64,000 nucleotides of DNA, taken from Deltaproteobacteria bacterium (GTDB taxonomy: Bacteria; Desulfobacterota; DSM-4660; Desulfatiglandales; HGW-15). This document shows positions 38,408-48,902 of the stretch, one piece after another (position 1 is the stretch's first letter; each line of letters starts with the position of its first letter). The position numbers and the translations under genes are program-made. The stretch lies in assembly GCA_019307745.1 (NCBI GenBank), contig JAFDJA010000001.1, forward strand, positions 20,223 through 84,222. The letters are read 5' to 3'. A model generated the notes under the pieces. The model was not told where the DNA came from. It made no database searches and saw only the letters and a list, made by a program, of their open reading frames with translations.

Positions 38408-39554
38408 TGAAGACCCTGTAGCCCTTTCTCATTATTAATGCGTCTCGCTCTGAAAGGCTGTAATCCTCAGCAACCATTTCCTTTACAAGCTCTTTAAAAG
38501 AGATCTTAGGAAACCAGCCCAGCTTTTCCCTGGCCTTTGATGGATCACCCAGAAGGGTATCCACTTCCGTGGGTCTGAAATAACGGGGATCTATACGTAC
38601 AATGATGCTGCCTGTTCTTATCCCATTGGCTGGCGCATCCTCCTTTTTATCTCCTGAAGCAGCATAGGATGGCCTCTTTTCCATGTCAATACTTCTTACC
38701 ACACCAACCTCGTCGCCTCCACCCCCCTTCCATTCTATTTCAATGCCCACTTCACTTGCGGCAATCTCCACCATCTCTCTGACTGAATGCTGCTCACCAG
38801 TGGCAATCACAAAATCTTCCGGCTCATCCTGCTGCATCATAAGCCACTGCATCTCAACAAAATCTTTTGCATGACCCCAGTCGCGCCTGGCATTCAGATT
38901 TCCCAAATACAGGCACTCCTGAAGACCGAGCTTTATCCGAGCAATGGCACGGGTTACCTTGCGTGTGACAAAGGTTTCACCCCGGATCGGTGACTCGTGA
39001 TTAAAAAGTATGCCATTGCAGGCATAAATCCCATAGGCCTCTCGGTAATTAACTGTGATCCAGTATGCATAGAGCTTGGCAACCCCGTAAGGACTGCGAG
39101 GGTAAAACGGAGATGTCTCCTTTTGCGGGCTTTCGAGCACCTTTCCAAAAAGCTCACTTGTTGATGCCTGATAGAATCGGGTCTTTTTTTCAAGGTTCAG
39201 AATCCTGATTGCCTCCAGGATACGGAGCGTTCCCAGCCCATCAACGTTGGCGGTATATTCCGGAGTTTCAAAGGAGACCTGAACGTGACTCTGTGCGGCC
39301 AGATTATATATCTCATGAGGCTGTATCTCCTGGATAATCCTGATAAGGTTGCTGGAATCTGTCAGGTCTCCATAATGAAGTACAAAATGCCGAGATTCTT
39401 CATGGGGATCCTGATACAGGTGGTCAATCCGCGCTGTATTAAAAAGAGAGGCTCTTCTCTTTACCCCATGGACCTTATACCCCTTTTTTAAAAGCAATTC
39501 GGCCAGATATGCCCCGTCCTGTCCTGTGATACCTGTAATTAATGCCCGTTTCAC
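38394..39554 (-). CDS. gmd: GDP-mannose 4,6-dehydratase
   Basis: [51 protein letters not shown]. Confidence 0.94.
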   Translation of the reverse strand: MKRALITGITGQDGAYLAELLLKKGYKVHGVKRRASLFNTARIDHLYQDPHEESRHFVLHYGDLTDSSNLIRIIQEIQPHEIYNLAAQSHVQVSFETPEYTANVDGLGTLRILEAIRILNLEKKTRFYQASTSELFGKVLESPQKETSPFYPRSPYGVAKLYAYWITVNYREAYGIYACNGILFNHESPIRGETFVTRKVTRAIARIKLGLQECLYLGNLNARRDWGHAKDFVEMQWLMMQQDEPEDFVIATGEQHSVREMVEIAASEVGIEIEWKGGGGDEVGVVRSIDMEKRPSYAASGDKKEDAPANGIRTGSIIVRIDPRYFRPTEVDTLLGDPSKAREKLGWFPKISFKELVKEMVAEDYSLSERDALIMRKGYRVFNGYE

Positions 39555-39866
39555 GGCAATCTCCTTTATAAGAATAAACCAATAGATGGATGGCTCTGAG
39601 GCCTAAAAAAAACTTTAATAGCCTCATTTATCTAGCATAGTTTCCAATGAATGCAAATTATTTTTACTGCAGCAATTATGATCAAATCTCTTCTCTTTTA
39701 ACGGCAGGAAATAGGAGATAATGGTTTAAGACTCTAATATTCCAGCTCAATCTCCTCGCTCAGTCAAACTATACTGACAATATAATCCAACTTCAAAAGA
39801 TTCTCTGTTAAAATTTGCAGAAGAAACAGGCTGAAATCAGAGGGGCTACCAAGCTGCCATTGATCC

Positions 39867-40511
39867 CTAAAGGATGGTCGCCATATTAGAAAGGCAGATA
39901 AGAGCGGAATTTCCCAGGATGTGGATGGTAATCGGGACCAGGAGCTTTCCTTCAAGTTCATAGGACAAAGTAAACAGGAGGGCTCCCGTGCACTGAACAA
40001 AGCCTGCCTCTGGATGTAACGCCAAAAACACGGAATTGCTGATGACAAACGCGGCCAATAAACTCCACTGCCTCAAAAAACCATAGAGGATTCCACGAAA
40101 AATAACCTCTTCTGCTATAGGAGCAATAAGGCCCGCCACACAAAAATAGACTATAATCTCAAATGGTCCGTCAGGAGGCCCCGTTCTCAGCATATCAAGG
40201 GGATTATATCCCAGAAAAACCAGAATCCCGATGCTGACACAGACAAGCACTCCGAATCCAATTGACCAGACTATTCCCCTTTTTACACCCGATAAAAGAT
40301 CTCTCTGTCCAAGACCTATAGATGTCAGCCCATCAACATTGAATCTGAAGATAAGAAGCAGAATAACTACCTCTATTCCACGCATTACACCCAGTAAAGA
40401 CATAACGTGCTGCCCGTTTCTTGAAATCAAAAAGCCCCCGATAAGTTCCACAGGGGCAAGCACAAGAACAGAATAGATGAAAAACCTGATTTTTATACTA
40501 TGAACCTTCAA
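39867..40511 (-). CDS. CPBP-family (CAAX/Abi) intramembrane metalloprotease
   Basis: Multi-TM protein with the EE..FRG motif (APIAEEVIFRGILYG) and downstream FLALHP and HILGN motifs. Confidence 0.8.
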   Translation of the reverse strand: MKVHSIKIRFFIYSVLVLAPVELIGGFLISRNGQHVMSLLGVMRGIEVVILLLIFRFNVDGLTSIGLGQRDLLSGVKRGIVWSIGFGVLVCVSIGILVFLGYNPLDMLRTGPPDGPFEIIVYFCVAGLIAPIAEEVIFRGILYGFLRQWSLLAAFVISNSVFLALHPEAGFVQCTGALLFTLSYELEGKLLVPITIHILGNSALICLSNMATIL

Positions 40512-40976
40512 TCAAAACCTCAAAAAACGGGCAATTTGTACTCTCTTTTCATAACAAATCCTTACTTTGAATCAACATATCCCCCTGGCAGGACATTCAG
40601 ACCATCCTATATGACGGAACCCAAAAGTCAATCTAGTTATTTTTACCGGAAAACATCAATTCTTAATGATCATATTCGCATTCTTAGAAAAATCATCTCT
40701 TAACAATTCGACAAACTCTGTTAACCAAAGGACAATTATTCGACATTTTTTTACCAAATCATGAGTTATGCGGGAATATCATTTCCTCTGAAAAACAATA
40801 ATATTCCCTGTATAACTGGTTGGTCATATACTGATGTCTCAATTGGCTTATTTCATGCAAGTAAGGAACGAACCCAAATATTAACCGCTAGGTGTTACCA
40901 ATGAAAACTGAAATGCTGTCAAATAAGGCCTTGGTTGCATAAGTAACAGTATAGCCAATTAAAAAGGAGATGAAAT

Positions 40977-42410
40977 ATGAAGAACACGCTTTTATATACG
41001 ATCACTTTTGCGCTCGCTCTTTTTCTCGCAGCCAGCGGAACTGCAACAGCTGTTGACAATTCGGACCCATCAATGGAGCCGGTCAAGCAGAAACTCGGCA
41101 TTATCAAATATGACAAGAAAAAGGCATGGGAGGGCTATACCCTGTATGCCCCAAAGCACTTCAACACTACACATATTATGGACATGGACGGACGTCTTAT
41201 AAATACATGGACCAGTGAGTATGAACCTGGGCAGTCTGTCTATCTACTCGAAAACGGGAACCTTCTACATTGCTGTTTTACCCATAACACATCATTCATT
41301 GGTGGCGGCGAAGGTGGGAGGCTAGAAGAATATAACTGGGAAGGAGACATGGTCTGGTCCATGTGGTACTCCGATGAAACCAAGCTTATGCATCATGACA
41401 TCGAACCGATGCCAAACGGTAATATTCTGGCCATGGTTGTTGAAAAAAAATCAAAAGAGCAGTGCCTGCAGGCTGGTTTCAACCGCGTGCGTGATGACTA
41501 TCTTTTTCCAGAGTATATTGTGGAGATTGAGAGATTCGGCTCCCAGGGCTATGAAGTTGTATGGGAATGGCATGTATGGGACCACCTTATCCAGGATAAT
41601 GACTTCTCAAAGGATAACTATGGGATCATTGCTGAGCACCCGGAACTGGTTTCCATCAAATCAAGCGGGCGGAGAGGAGTGAGGGCCTTCTGGAACCATG
41701 GAAACTCTATCGACTATAATCCCAAACTTGACCAGATCGCGCTCAATGCCCGATCACAAAACGAATTCTGGGTAATTGATCACTCAACCACAACTGAAGA
41801 GGCAAAAGGCCATACCGGAGGAAAATCCGGTAAAGGCGGAGACATTGTTTACAGGTGGGGAAATCCTGCGATGTATGGCGCTGGTACCAGGGCAGACCAG
41901 ACCCTGTTGATGCAGCACGATTCTCAATGGATATCCGAAGGCCGTCCTGGGGAGGGAAACATGTTGATCTATAACAATGGTAAAGGCCGAGGTTACTCTT
42001 CTGTGGTGGAGATCATAACACCGGTCAAAAAAGACGGCAGTTATCCGGAACTCAAACCAGGCGAAGCCCATCTGCCCAAACAGGCTACATGGGAATTTAC
42101 AACTGATCCTAAAGAGGATATGTACTCTACGGAAATCTCAGGCGCACAGCGCCTTCCCAACGGTAATACCCTTATATGTGCCGGCACAGTTGGTCGTTTT
42201 TTGGAAGTCACCCATGACAAAGAGGTTGTCTGGGAATATATAGTTCCCTTTGACGGTGCTGGTCCTCTGAAGCAGGGAGATCTGATTAAGCGCGACTCCA
42301 GAGGACACCAAATGAATGCTGTTTTTAAGGTAACCCGTTATTCTCCGGATTATCCCGCATTTAAAGGCAGAGACATGTCCCCTATTGCAGAATCTTTAAT
42401 GGCACAGTAA
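40977..42410 (+). CDS. Secreted arylsulfotransferase (ASST)-family beta-propeller protein
   Basis: Signal peptide and repeated NGN motifs (LENGNLLHC, HHDIEPMPNGNILA, RLPNGNTLIC) typical of the ASST family. Family assignment is by recollection. Confidence 0.65.
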   Translation: MKNTLLYTITFALALFLAASGTATAVDNSDPSMEPVKQKLGIIKYDKKKAWEGYTLYAPKHFNTTHIMDMDGRLINTWTSEYEPGQSVYLLENGNLLHCCFTHNTSFIGGGEGGRLEEYNWEGDMVWSMWYSDETKLMHHDIEPMPNGNILAMVVEKKSKEQCLQAGFNRVRDDYLFPEYIVEIERFGSQGYEVVWEWHVWDHLIQDNDFSKDNYGIIAEHPELVSIKSSGRRGVRAFWNHGNSIDYNPKLDQIALNARSQNEFWVIDHSTTTEEAKGHTGGKSGKGGDIVYRWGNPAMYGAGTRADQTLLMQHDSQWISEGRPGEGNMLIYNNGKGRGYSSVVEIITPVKKDGSYPELKPGEAHLPKQATWEFTTDPKEDMYSTEISGAQRLPNGNTLICAGTVGRFLEVTHDKEVVWEYIVPFDGAGPLKQGDLIKRDSRGHQMNAVFKVTRYSPDYPAFKGRDMSPIAESLMAQ

Positions 42411-42791
42411 AAAATCTTCCCGGGAAAGGGGATAACAGCTTGATCCAGGGCAATAATTACTCCTCTCTTCAGGCTGTTACTCCTCCTTTCCAATTCCTCA
42501 TATGGGGAGCTTGAACTCGCCATGTGTTGCCGGGTCCACTCTACTGGACATCTCTCTCCTCCTCCCCCCCCTTCCCTCTCACTGCCATGGTCCAGGGGCC
42601 TCCTGTTAATCTATATTGGCATCTCTGCTTGATCCCATGATTATCTTTTGCCAGGATTTTCCTTGACTAAAACAACAATGAATGATAGCCAAAAAATCTT
42701 CCAAAATTCAAAAACATCTCCCCTGACACAATAGAATTATCCTGGGATTAACAAATTCTTGGATTGTTTAGGAAAGGGGAAGAAGGGTATA

Positions 42792-42971
42792 ATGAGCACA
42801 ATACAGCCCGAAAGTGAAAAACTAAGACAGGCCGTCAAATGGGTCTCTGATCAGACTCTGGATAATATAAATAACTCTGTTGCCACCCTTATCCAGGAGG
42901 CGGCTTTAAAATTTAACCTCTCCCCAAAGGATGAAATTTTCCTGTACACCTTTTATGGAAAAAAACTATAG
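42792..42971 (+). CDS. Small hypothetical protein (59 aa)
   Basis: ATG preceded by a purine-rich GGAAAGGGGAAGAAGGG tract. No recognisable motifs. Confidence 0.3.
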   Translation: MSTIQPESEKLRQAVKWVSDQTLDNINNSVATLIQEAALKFNLSPKDEIFLYTFYGKKL

Positions 42972-43007
42972 GAATTCAATCGACAGGACTCTGGACTGAA
43001 CCTGTGA

Positions 43008-43265
43008 CTACATTTCCTGGAGGGTTCTCTCTTTCATATGGTTAAAAATTGTTTTTGAAAGGCAGACAAAAACCAATAAGCTGACTATAATAACGACCGC
43101 TCCCACCACTATGGGTACAAAAAAACCCTGTTGATGTTGCTCATACAGGCCAATATTGATACAGATAACAGCTACAAAATCAACATACCCGGTCAGTAGA
43201 AGAAGACAAAAAAACATCGTCAACAGGAAGGCTCGTTTAAATGGAAACGGCAATTGATAGTTCAA
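43008..43265 (-). CDS. Small two-TM membrane protein downstream of dnaA (start uncertain)
   Basis: The ORF begins with TTG overlapping the dnaA stop (TTGA). The first in-frame ATG is at 43217. Two hydrophobic helices. Confidence 0.35.
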   Translation of the reverse strand: MNYQLPFPFKRAFLLTMFFCLLLLTGYVDFVAVICINIGLYEQHQQGFFVPIVVGAVVIIVSLLVFVCLSKTIFNHMKERTLQEM

Positions 43266-44605
43266 TTCATTACATCCTTCAATCGAAGATCAAGATAATC
43301 AATCTCTTTTTTTACCCTGCTGTCAGACCTGATCTTTTGTGCTATCATTTCTGCTGAATATAATACGGTAGAATGATTGCGATCAATTGACCGGCCTATC
43401 TCTTCAAGTGTTGAATCTGTATTTTGCCGGCAGAGGTATATGTAGACATTCCGGGGAAATGTATGGATCTTTTTTCTGGACTTTGATCTGAGCATAGACA
43501 GATCAACCTTATAATACTTACACACGATCTTTTCAATATCACCTATTGACAAACATCCATGATCAGGTACAAGGCTGATTACAGCCTCTCTTGCAAGATC
43601 AAGATCGATCTTTGCCTTCATGAGTTCTGATCTGGCTTTAAGGAATCTTAGGGCACTCTCTATCTGGCGAACATCACGGCTGATATGCTTGGCAAGGAAA
43701 TGGACTATCTCATCTGAAAGGACCATTCCCAACTCAATGGATTTTCTTTCTATTATCTTAATCCTGGTCTCTAGATCCGGGGTTCCAAGGGTTCCTATAA
43801 TTCCGGATGTCAGACGAGATGAAAGCCCCTCAGAAATATTGGGAATATCCTTAGGCAGTAATGGGCTGGTAAAAACAATCTTTTTATTAGCATTCAGCAG
43901 GGCATCAAGTGTATGCTCCAGCTCCTGCTGCATTTTCTCCTTACCACTGAAAAAATTCACATCTTCAAGAAGGAGAACATCACAGGATCGACGGTATCTG
44001 TTTTTAAACTCTTCTATGCGGTTATTTTTTATGGCAAACACCATCTCATTTACAAAGTCCTCTGCTGTAATATAAAAGGCCCTGGTTTCAGAGTTCTCTT
44101 CCAGGATAGCTTGCCCTACGGATTGGGACAGGTGGCTCTTCCCGAGACCGGTTTTAGACAAAAGAAACAGGGAGTTATAAGACATGCCCCCTCTTGTAGC
44201 CAGAGCCTTTGATGCTGAATAGGCAAATTCATTACTTTTTCCAACAACAAACCGATCAAAGGTAAATTCCCTTTTAAACCTTCTTTTTCCATTACCACGA
44301 TGCACATTGGGCAGTGTCAACTGCTTACTGACTTTAAACATATCTGGAACAGGCTTTTTTCTTTCCATTGGATTGACAATAAGGACGAATCTGGCGTCAC
44401 AATTAATGGTCTTTGAAAGCTTGTCCTGCATGATATTTAAATAATTCTCAGTAATCCAGTTGAGAGCAAACTTGTTTGGGCACTCAAGAATGATCTTATC
44501 CTTTTTTTGTTCCAGAAAATTTATAGGGTTGATCCACAGTGAAAAGATTTTTTCAGAAACTTCTTCCTTAATTTGATTCTTTACTTCTTCCCAAGTGGTA
44601 CCCAT
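43262..44605 (-). CDS. dnaA: Chromosomal replication initiator protein DnaA
   Basis: Walker A GLGKSHL, AAA+ box motifs, and a C-terminal DNA-binding domain (IGRSIDRNHSTVLYS). Start set at MGTTWEEVKNQ (CAT at 44603-44605). Confidence 0.95.
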   Translation of the reverse strand: MGTTWEEVKNQIKEEVSEKIFSLWINPINFLEQKKDKIILECPNKFALNWITENYLNIMQDKLSKTINCDARFVLIVNPMERKKPVPDMFKVSKQLTLPNVHRGNGKRRFKREFTFDRFVVGKSNEFAYSASKALATRGGMSYNSLFLLSKTGLGKSHLSQSVGQAILEENSETRAFYITAEDFVNEMVFAIKNNRIEEFKNRYRRSCDVLLLEDVNFFSGKEKMQQELEHTLDALLNANKKIVFTSPLLPKDIPNISEGLSSRLTSGIIGTLGTPDLETRIKIIERKSIELGMVLSDEIVHFLAKHISRDVRQIESALRFLKARSELMKAKIDLDLAREAVISLVPDHGCLSIGDIEKIVCKYYKVDLSMLRSKSRKKIHTFPRNVYIYLCRQNTDSTLEEIGRSIDRNHSTVLYSAEMIAQKIRSDSRVKKEIDYLDLRLKDVMN

Positions 44606-44867
44606 CAGAAACTCCCTTAGAAAAAAAAGTCTTATCGAAAGTACGTCGCGCAATTGTTCTGTGGGGATTTATGTAAGAAATTATATTTTATGTCAAAGCG
44701 GATTTGAATCATGCATTACTTAGGGCCGGCTTCTTTTTTGACAAAAGATAACGCTTAGATATAACGTGATTTTTCACGAATTATTGTGGAGGATACGGTT
44801 AAATAAGAAAAAAGGGATTGTGAGGTTTTTGCTTATAAATTCAAAAACTTCCAAGAATTCTTTCTAC

Positions 44868-44887
44868 TGTGTATAAAAATATCCACA
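44868..44887. promoter_or_regulatory. Pair of near-consensus, inverted DnaA boxes
   Basis: TGTGTATAA (44868-44876) and ATATCCACA (44879-44887). Each has one mismatch to TGTGGATAA / TTATCCACA, and they are separated by 2 nt. Confidence 0.55.
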
Positions 44888-45130
44888 ATCTACGATCTTC
44901 TGGTTTCTCAATATTTCACCGATTTTCTAATGATTATAAAACATTTCAGTACATTTTCCCCTTTTTAAAATTTCCCGATCTCTGCCGATTTTTGGGTAAG
45001 GTTTTTGCAGTGTCCCAAAAAGGCTAGCATCTCAAAGGGATAAAAACTTCTCATTGTTTTTGGTTTCCGTTTCATGTATAAACATATTAATTTTCTGAAA
45101 AAAATTATTTTAAAATAAATAAATCAAAAA

Positions 45131-46078
45131 ATGATTACAACAAAAAAAATAAGTATAGCCCTGATGGCTGGGGGCAGCTCAAATGAACGCGAGATCTCTT
45201 TGAATAGCGGAGACACCGTATATTGTGCCCTTGACAAAGACAAATACAACATAACACGGTATGATCCCAGGGATGACCTGGAATTGCTATTCGAGCAAAA
45301 GGCCAATATTGATTTAGCTCTTATCCTGTTGCATGGAAATCTCGGGGAAGATGGCCGTATTCAGGGCTTTCTTGATACAATAGGGCTTCCTTTTGTAGGG
45401 TCAGGAGTTCTCGCAAGTGCCATAGCCTCTGATAAAAAAATTGCCAAACGCATTTATGAAAGTACAGGCCTGAATGTAATTAAGGATACCTTCCTCATCA
45501 AGGGTGAAAATTTCGATCCAGCCCTGATTATGGAGAGTCTCGGCCCTTTAACGGTTGTAAAACCTGTTTCTGAGGGATCAAGCCTTGGCATATCTGTCTG
45601 TAAAAACAGGGAGGAGCTCGTCAAAGGAATCCACCTGGCATTTCAGTTCAATCCAGAGGTTCTGGTCGAACAATTTATTAAGGGACGAGAGATCTCCTGC
45701 TGTGTCATTGGAAATAAAGAACTCACAACCCTTCCCCTTGTTGAGATATTGCCTGATAAGAAATACGATTTTTTTAACTACGAGGCCAAATACACACCAG
45801 GGGCCACAAGAGAGATATGCCCTGCAACTATACCAGAAGACATAGCAGAACTGGCCCGGGACTGCGCGAGAAAGGCACACTCCGCTCTAAAATGCACGGT
45901 CTGGAGCAGGACCGATATGATTATCAAGGGATCCGAGGTATATATTTTAGAAACAAACACAATCCCAGGCATGACAGAGGCCAGCCTGGTTCCATTATCT
46001 GCCAAGGCGGCAGGCATCTCCCTGTCCCAGCTGCTTGATAGACTAATAGATCTTTCGCTTGATCCCTTCCCCGGCTAA
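45131..46078 (+). CDS. ddl: D-alanine--D-alanine ligase
   Basis: KISIALMAGGSSNEREISLNSG, LHGNLGEDGRIQGFLD, and an ATP-grasp C-terminal (ETNTIPGMTE). Confidence 0.93.
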   Translation: MITTKKISIALMAGGSSNEREISLNSGDTVYCALDKDKYNITRYDPRDDLELLFEQKANIDLALILLHGNLGEDGRIQGFLDTIGLPFVGSGVLASAIASDKKIAKRIYESTGLNVIKDTFLIKGENFDPALIMESLGPLTVVKPVSEGSSLGISVCKNREELVKGIHLAFQFNPEVLVEQFIKGREISCCVIGNKELTTLPLVEILPDKKYDFFNYEAKYTPGATREICPATIPEDIAELARDCARKAHSALKCTVWSRTDMIIKGSEVYILETNTIPGMTEASLVPLSAKAAGISLSQLLDRLIDLSLDPFPG

Positions 46079-46691
46079 ATCTCCTCTCCAGGTCCTTCCA
46101 TAACACAAAGTCTCCTCCTTTGCTCTTGACCTTCCCACACGACCTGAACGGAACTTAAAAGTCCTGCCGATCTCGTTTCCTTGTACTGAAGGACAGGAAG
46201 GTTATCCCACACAGCACCATAAGAGTTCCTCGGCTATTCAAAGCCGCTCATCCACCTAATTCAAACTCTTGCAAGAACAAGACATTGTGATCCATCTATA
46301 GAGTCTGACACCTTTATCTGCAGGTCTGTGAAAGGCTTTTCATGGGCCCCTTTCCACTCTGCCTTAAACTTGTAAAAAAAACGTTCGGACAGCACTGATA
46401 AAGGCCATGTTGCAACTTTTGCCTTAAAAATCCCATAAAAAAAGTTCATACCCTTCATATAGTATATATCCTTCTTGTTTGCACCAACATACGGGCCTAT
46501 GATGGATTATTGACCACGCCTGACAAAAACCAGCCTTGGCCTGCCCTTCTGAGCTTGCCATAGCCTTTCTTTCTGCATTGATCACACCATGGTGTTATTA
46601 TTTTTAGAACACATACCATATAAAGTGTAAAGTTCCCTCTGCCAGGATTTTTAGTTTTTAGGATTTCCCTGTGACAACCTTCTTCTTCAAA

Positions 46692-46707
46692 TGTTTCACG
46701 TGAAACA
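46692..46707. other. parS centromere site (perfect TGTTTCACGTGAAACA)
   Basis: Exact 16-bp palindromic parS consensus. Confidence 0.9.
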
Positions 46708-46730
46708 TTGAGACAGAAGGAAATAAGTTA

Positions 46731-46746
46731 TGTTTCACGTGAAACA
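46731..46746. other. parS centromere site (perfect TGTTTCACGTGAAACA)
   Basis: A second exact copy 39 bp from the first and ~95 bp upstream of parA. Confidence 0.9.
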
Positions 46747-46840
46747 TTTATTTTACTATGCAAACAAAGACATCTATGTTATCAGCAATCATTGAAATAG
46801 AAAAAACTCCGTTATCTTAAAAGGAAGAAAGGCAAAAATT

Positions 46841-47614
46841 ATGGGCCAAGTTATCGCTGTCGCCAACCAGAAGGGTGGAGTTGGAAAAACAACAACTGCC
46901 GTAAACCTTTCTGCATCCATTGCTGCATCTGAAAAGAGCTGTCTTTTGATTGATTGTGATCCTCAGGGAAATGCCACAACAGGGTTGGGAGTAAACATTG
47001 CGGAGCTTGAATCTGGTCTTTATGACTTTATCCTCAGCCCTGACACAGGAGGGGATGTGATTATGGAGACAGAAATATCCTGTCTTCATCTAATGGGAGC
47101 GACCGCCAGCCTCATAGGAGCTGAAGTAGAAATGTTTGTATTAGATGAAAGAGAATACCTCTTGAAAAAAAGGCTGTCCTCTTTAAGAAAAAAATATGAT
47201 TATATCCTGCTGGATTGTCCTCCTTCATTAAATTTTCTGACAATAAACGCGATGACCGCCTCGGACTGGGTCCTTGTAACTCTTCAATGTGAATATTATG
47301 CCCTTGAGGGCCTTACAGAGCTGATGAAGACTATAAGTGCGGTAAAAAAGAAGCTGAATCCCTCCCTTGAATTAGGAGGAATTGTCTTTACAATGCATGA
47401 TAAGCGAAACAACCTTTCCACCCAGGTAGTGGAGGAGGTTCGAGAACACTTTAAGGACATTGCATTTAATACTATTATTCCGAGAAACGTCAGGTTGAGT
47501 GAGGCACCAAGCTATGGGAAACCAATACTCCTCTATGACATAAAATCCAAGGGAGCACAGAAATATCTGGAACTGGCAACAGAACTTTTCGCCAGGGGAG
47601 GAAATCATGATTAA
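46841..47614 (+). CDS. parA: Chromosome partitioning ATPase ParA/Soj
   Basis: Deviant Walker A (ANQKGGVGKTTTAVNL). 257 aa. Confidence 0.93.
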   Translation: MGQVIAVANQKGGVGKTTTAVNLSASIAASEKSCLLIDCDPQGNATTGLGVNIAELESGLYDFILSPDTGGDVIMETEISCLHLMGATASLIGAEVEMFVLDEREYLLKKRLSSLRKKYDYILLDCPPSLNFLTINAMTASDWVLVTLQCEYYALEGLTELMKTISAVKKKLNPSLELGGIVFTMHDKRNNLSTQVVEEVREHFKDIAFNTIIPRNVRLSEAPSYGKPILLYDIKSKGAQKYLELATELFARGGNHD

Positions 47615-48458
47615 ACGGCAGGCATTAGGCAAAGGATTATCAGCACTCATTCCAAATGCTGACCAGCAGGAAATCGGCAGTGACGGATATTTCCAATGTC
47701 CGATCGAAGACATTCAGCCCAATCCCTATCAGCCCCGATTAAGTTTTTCAGAGCCTGAACTGGAAGAGCTGATACTCTCAATAAGAGAAAACGGAGTAAT
47801 AACGCCGATCCTGCTTAGCAAGACTGATAATGGGTATCAACTTATAGCTGGCGAAAGACGCTGGAGGGCCGCTCAAAGGGCAGGGCTTGATAGGATTCCT
47901 GCCGTTGTCAGGGAGACTACCGCAGTAGAAACGCTGGAGCTGGCACTGATAGAAAATATCCACAGGCAGGACCTAAGTCCAATTGAAGAGGCGCTTGCCT
48001 ATCAAAGATGGCTTGAGGATATGGGAACGACACAGGAAGTTCTAGCCCGGAAGATGGGAAAGGACCGTTCAACAATAACCAATATGCTTCGACTCTTAAA
48101 CCTTCCCCGCAATATACAGAAAGATCTGATTGAGGGTCGCTTAACAATGGGACACTCCCGAGTCCTGGCAGGCCTTAAAACATCACAGGAACAGCAGTTG
48201 GTCAGAGATAAGATTATCAAAGGGGCTCTTTCTGTGAGGCAGACAGAGGGGCTCGTAAAAAGGTTGCAAGCAAAGGATTCTAACAGCAATAAAAACAAGG
48301 AAGGAGCCATTGATTCATACATTCAATCCATAGCGACTAACCTTGAACAATCGTTAGGTACAAGGGTTAAGATCAAGAGGCGCGGGAAAAAAGGCAGCAT
48401 TAATATCCTTTTCCATTCAGATGAAGAACTGGACAGGCTTATTGAGTGTTTAGGTTAA
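47607..48458 (+). CDS. parB: Chromosome partitioning protein ParB/Spo0J
   Basis: ALGKGLSALIP, GERRWRAA (arginine patch), and an HTH region. Overlaps parA by 8 nt. Confidence 0.93.
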   Translation: MIKRQALGKGLSALIPNADQQEIGSDGYFQCPIEDIQPNPYQPRLSFSEPELEELILSIRENGVITPILLSKTDNGYQLIAGERRWRAAQRAGLDRIPAVVRETTAVETLELALIENIHRQDLSPIEEALAYQRWLEDMGTTQEVLARKMGKDRSTITNMLRLLNLPRNIQKDLIEGRLTMGHSRVLAGLKTSQEQQLVRDKIIKGALSVRQTEGLVKRLQAKDSNSNKNKEGAIDSYIQSIATNLEQSLGTRVKIKRRGKKGSINILFHSDEELDRLIECLG

Positions 48459-48492
48459 CTGTTTGATATTTCACTAAATTTAAGAGGTTAAT

Positions 48493-48900
48493 ATGAAAAT
48501 AATGGTAATGGACGGTCAGGGTGGAGGTATTGGCGCTACCATTATTAAAGGGCTAAGAAAAGGCCTTGGTGGAAAGTTTGAGATATTGGCTCTTGGAACG
48601 AATTCTATTGCCACATCCCAAATGATGAAGGCAGGTGCAAACAGGGGCGCAACAGGAGAGAATGCCATTGTGTATACATGCCCGAAAGTTGATATTATTC
48701 TTGGATCTCTTTCAATACTTATGCCCAATGCTATGATGGGAGAGGTGTCTCCAGGTATGTCAGAGGCAGTTTGTTCCAGCAATGCTCACAAAATACTTAT
48801 CCCTTTAACTCAGGAAAACCTTTCACTGGTGGGTATTGGCAGTGAACCCCTCCCGCACCTTGTTGATGAGGCAATAAAAAAAATCGAGGAGATCTTATAG
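48493..48900 (+). CDS. Small conserved protein, DUF3842-like (assignment by recollection)
   Basis: 135 aa starting MKIMVMDGQGGGIGATIIKGLRK. SD AAGAGG upstream. Confidence 0.5.
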   Translation: MKIMVMDGQGGGIGATIIKGLRKGLGGKFEILALGTNSIATSQMMKAGANRGATGENAIVYTCPKVDIILGSLSILMPNAMMGEVSPGMSEAVCSSNAHKILIPLTQENLSLVGIGSEPLPHLVDEAIKKIEEIL

Positions 48901-48902
48901 CC

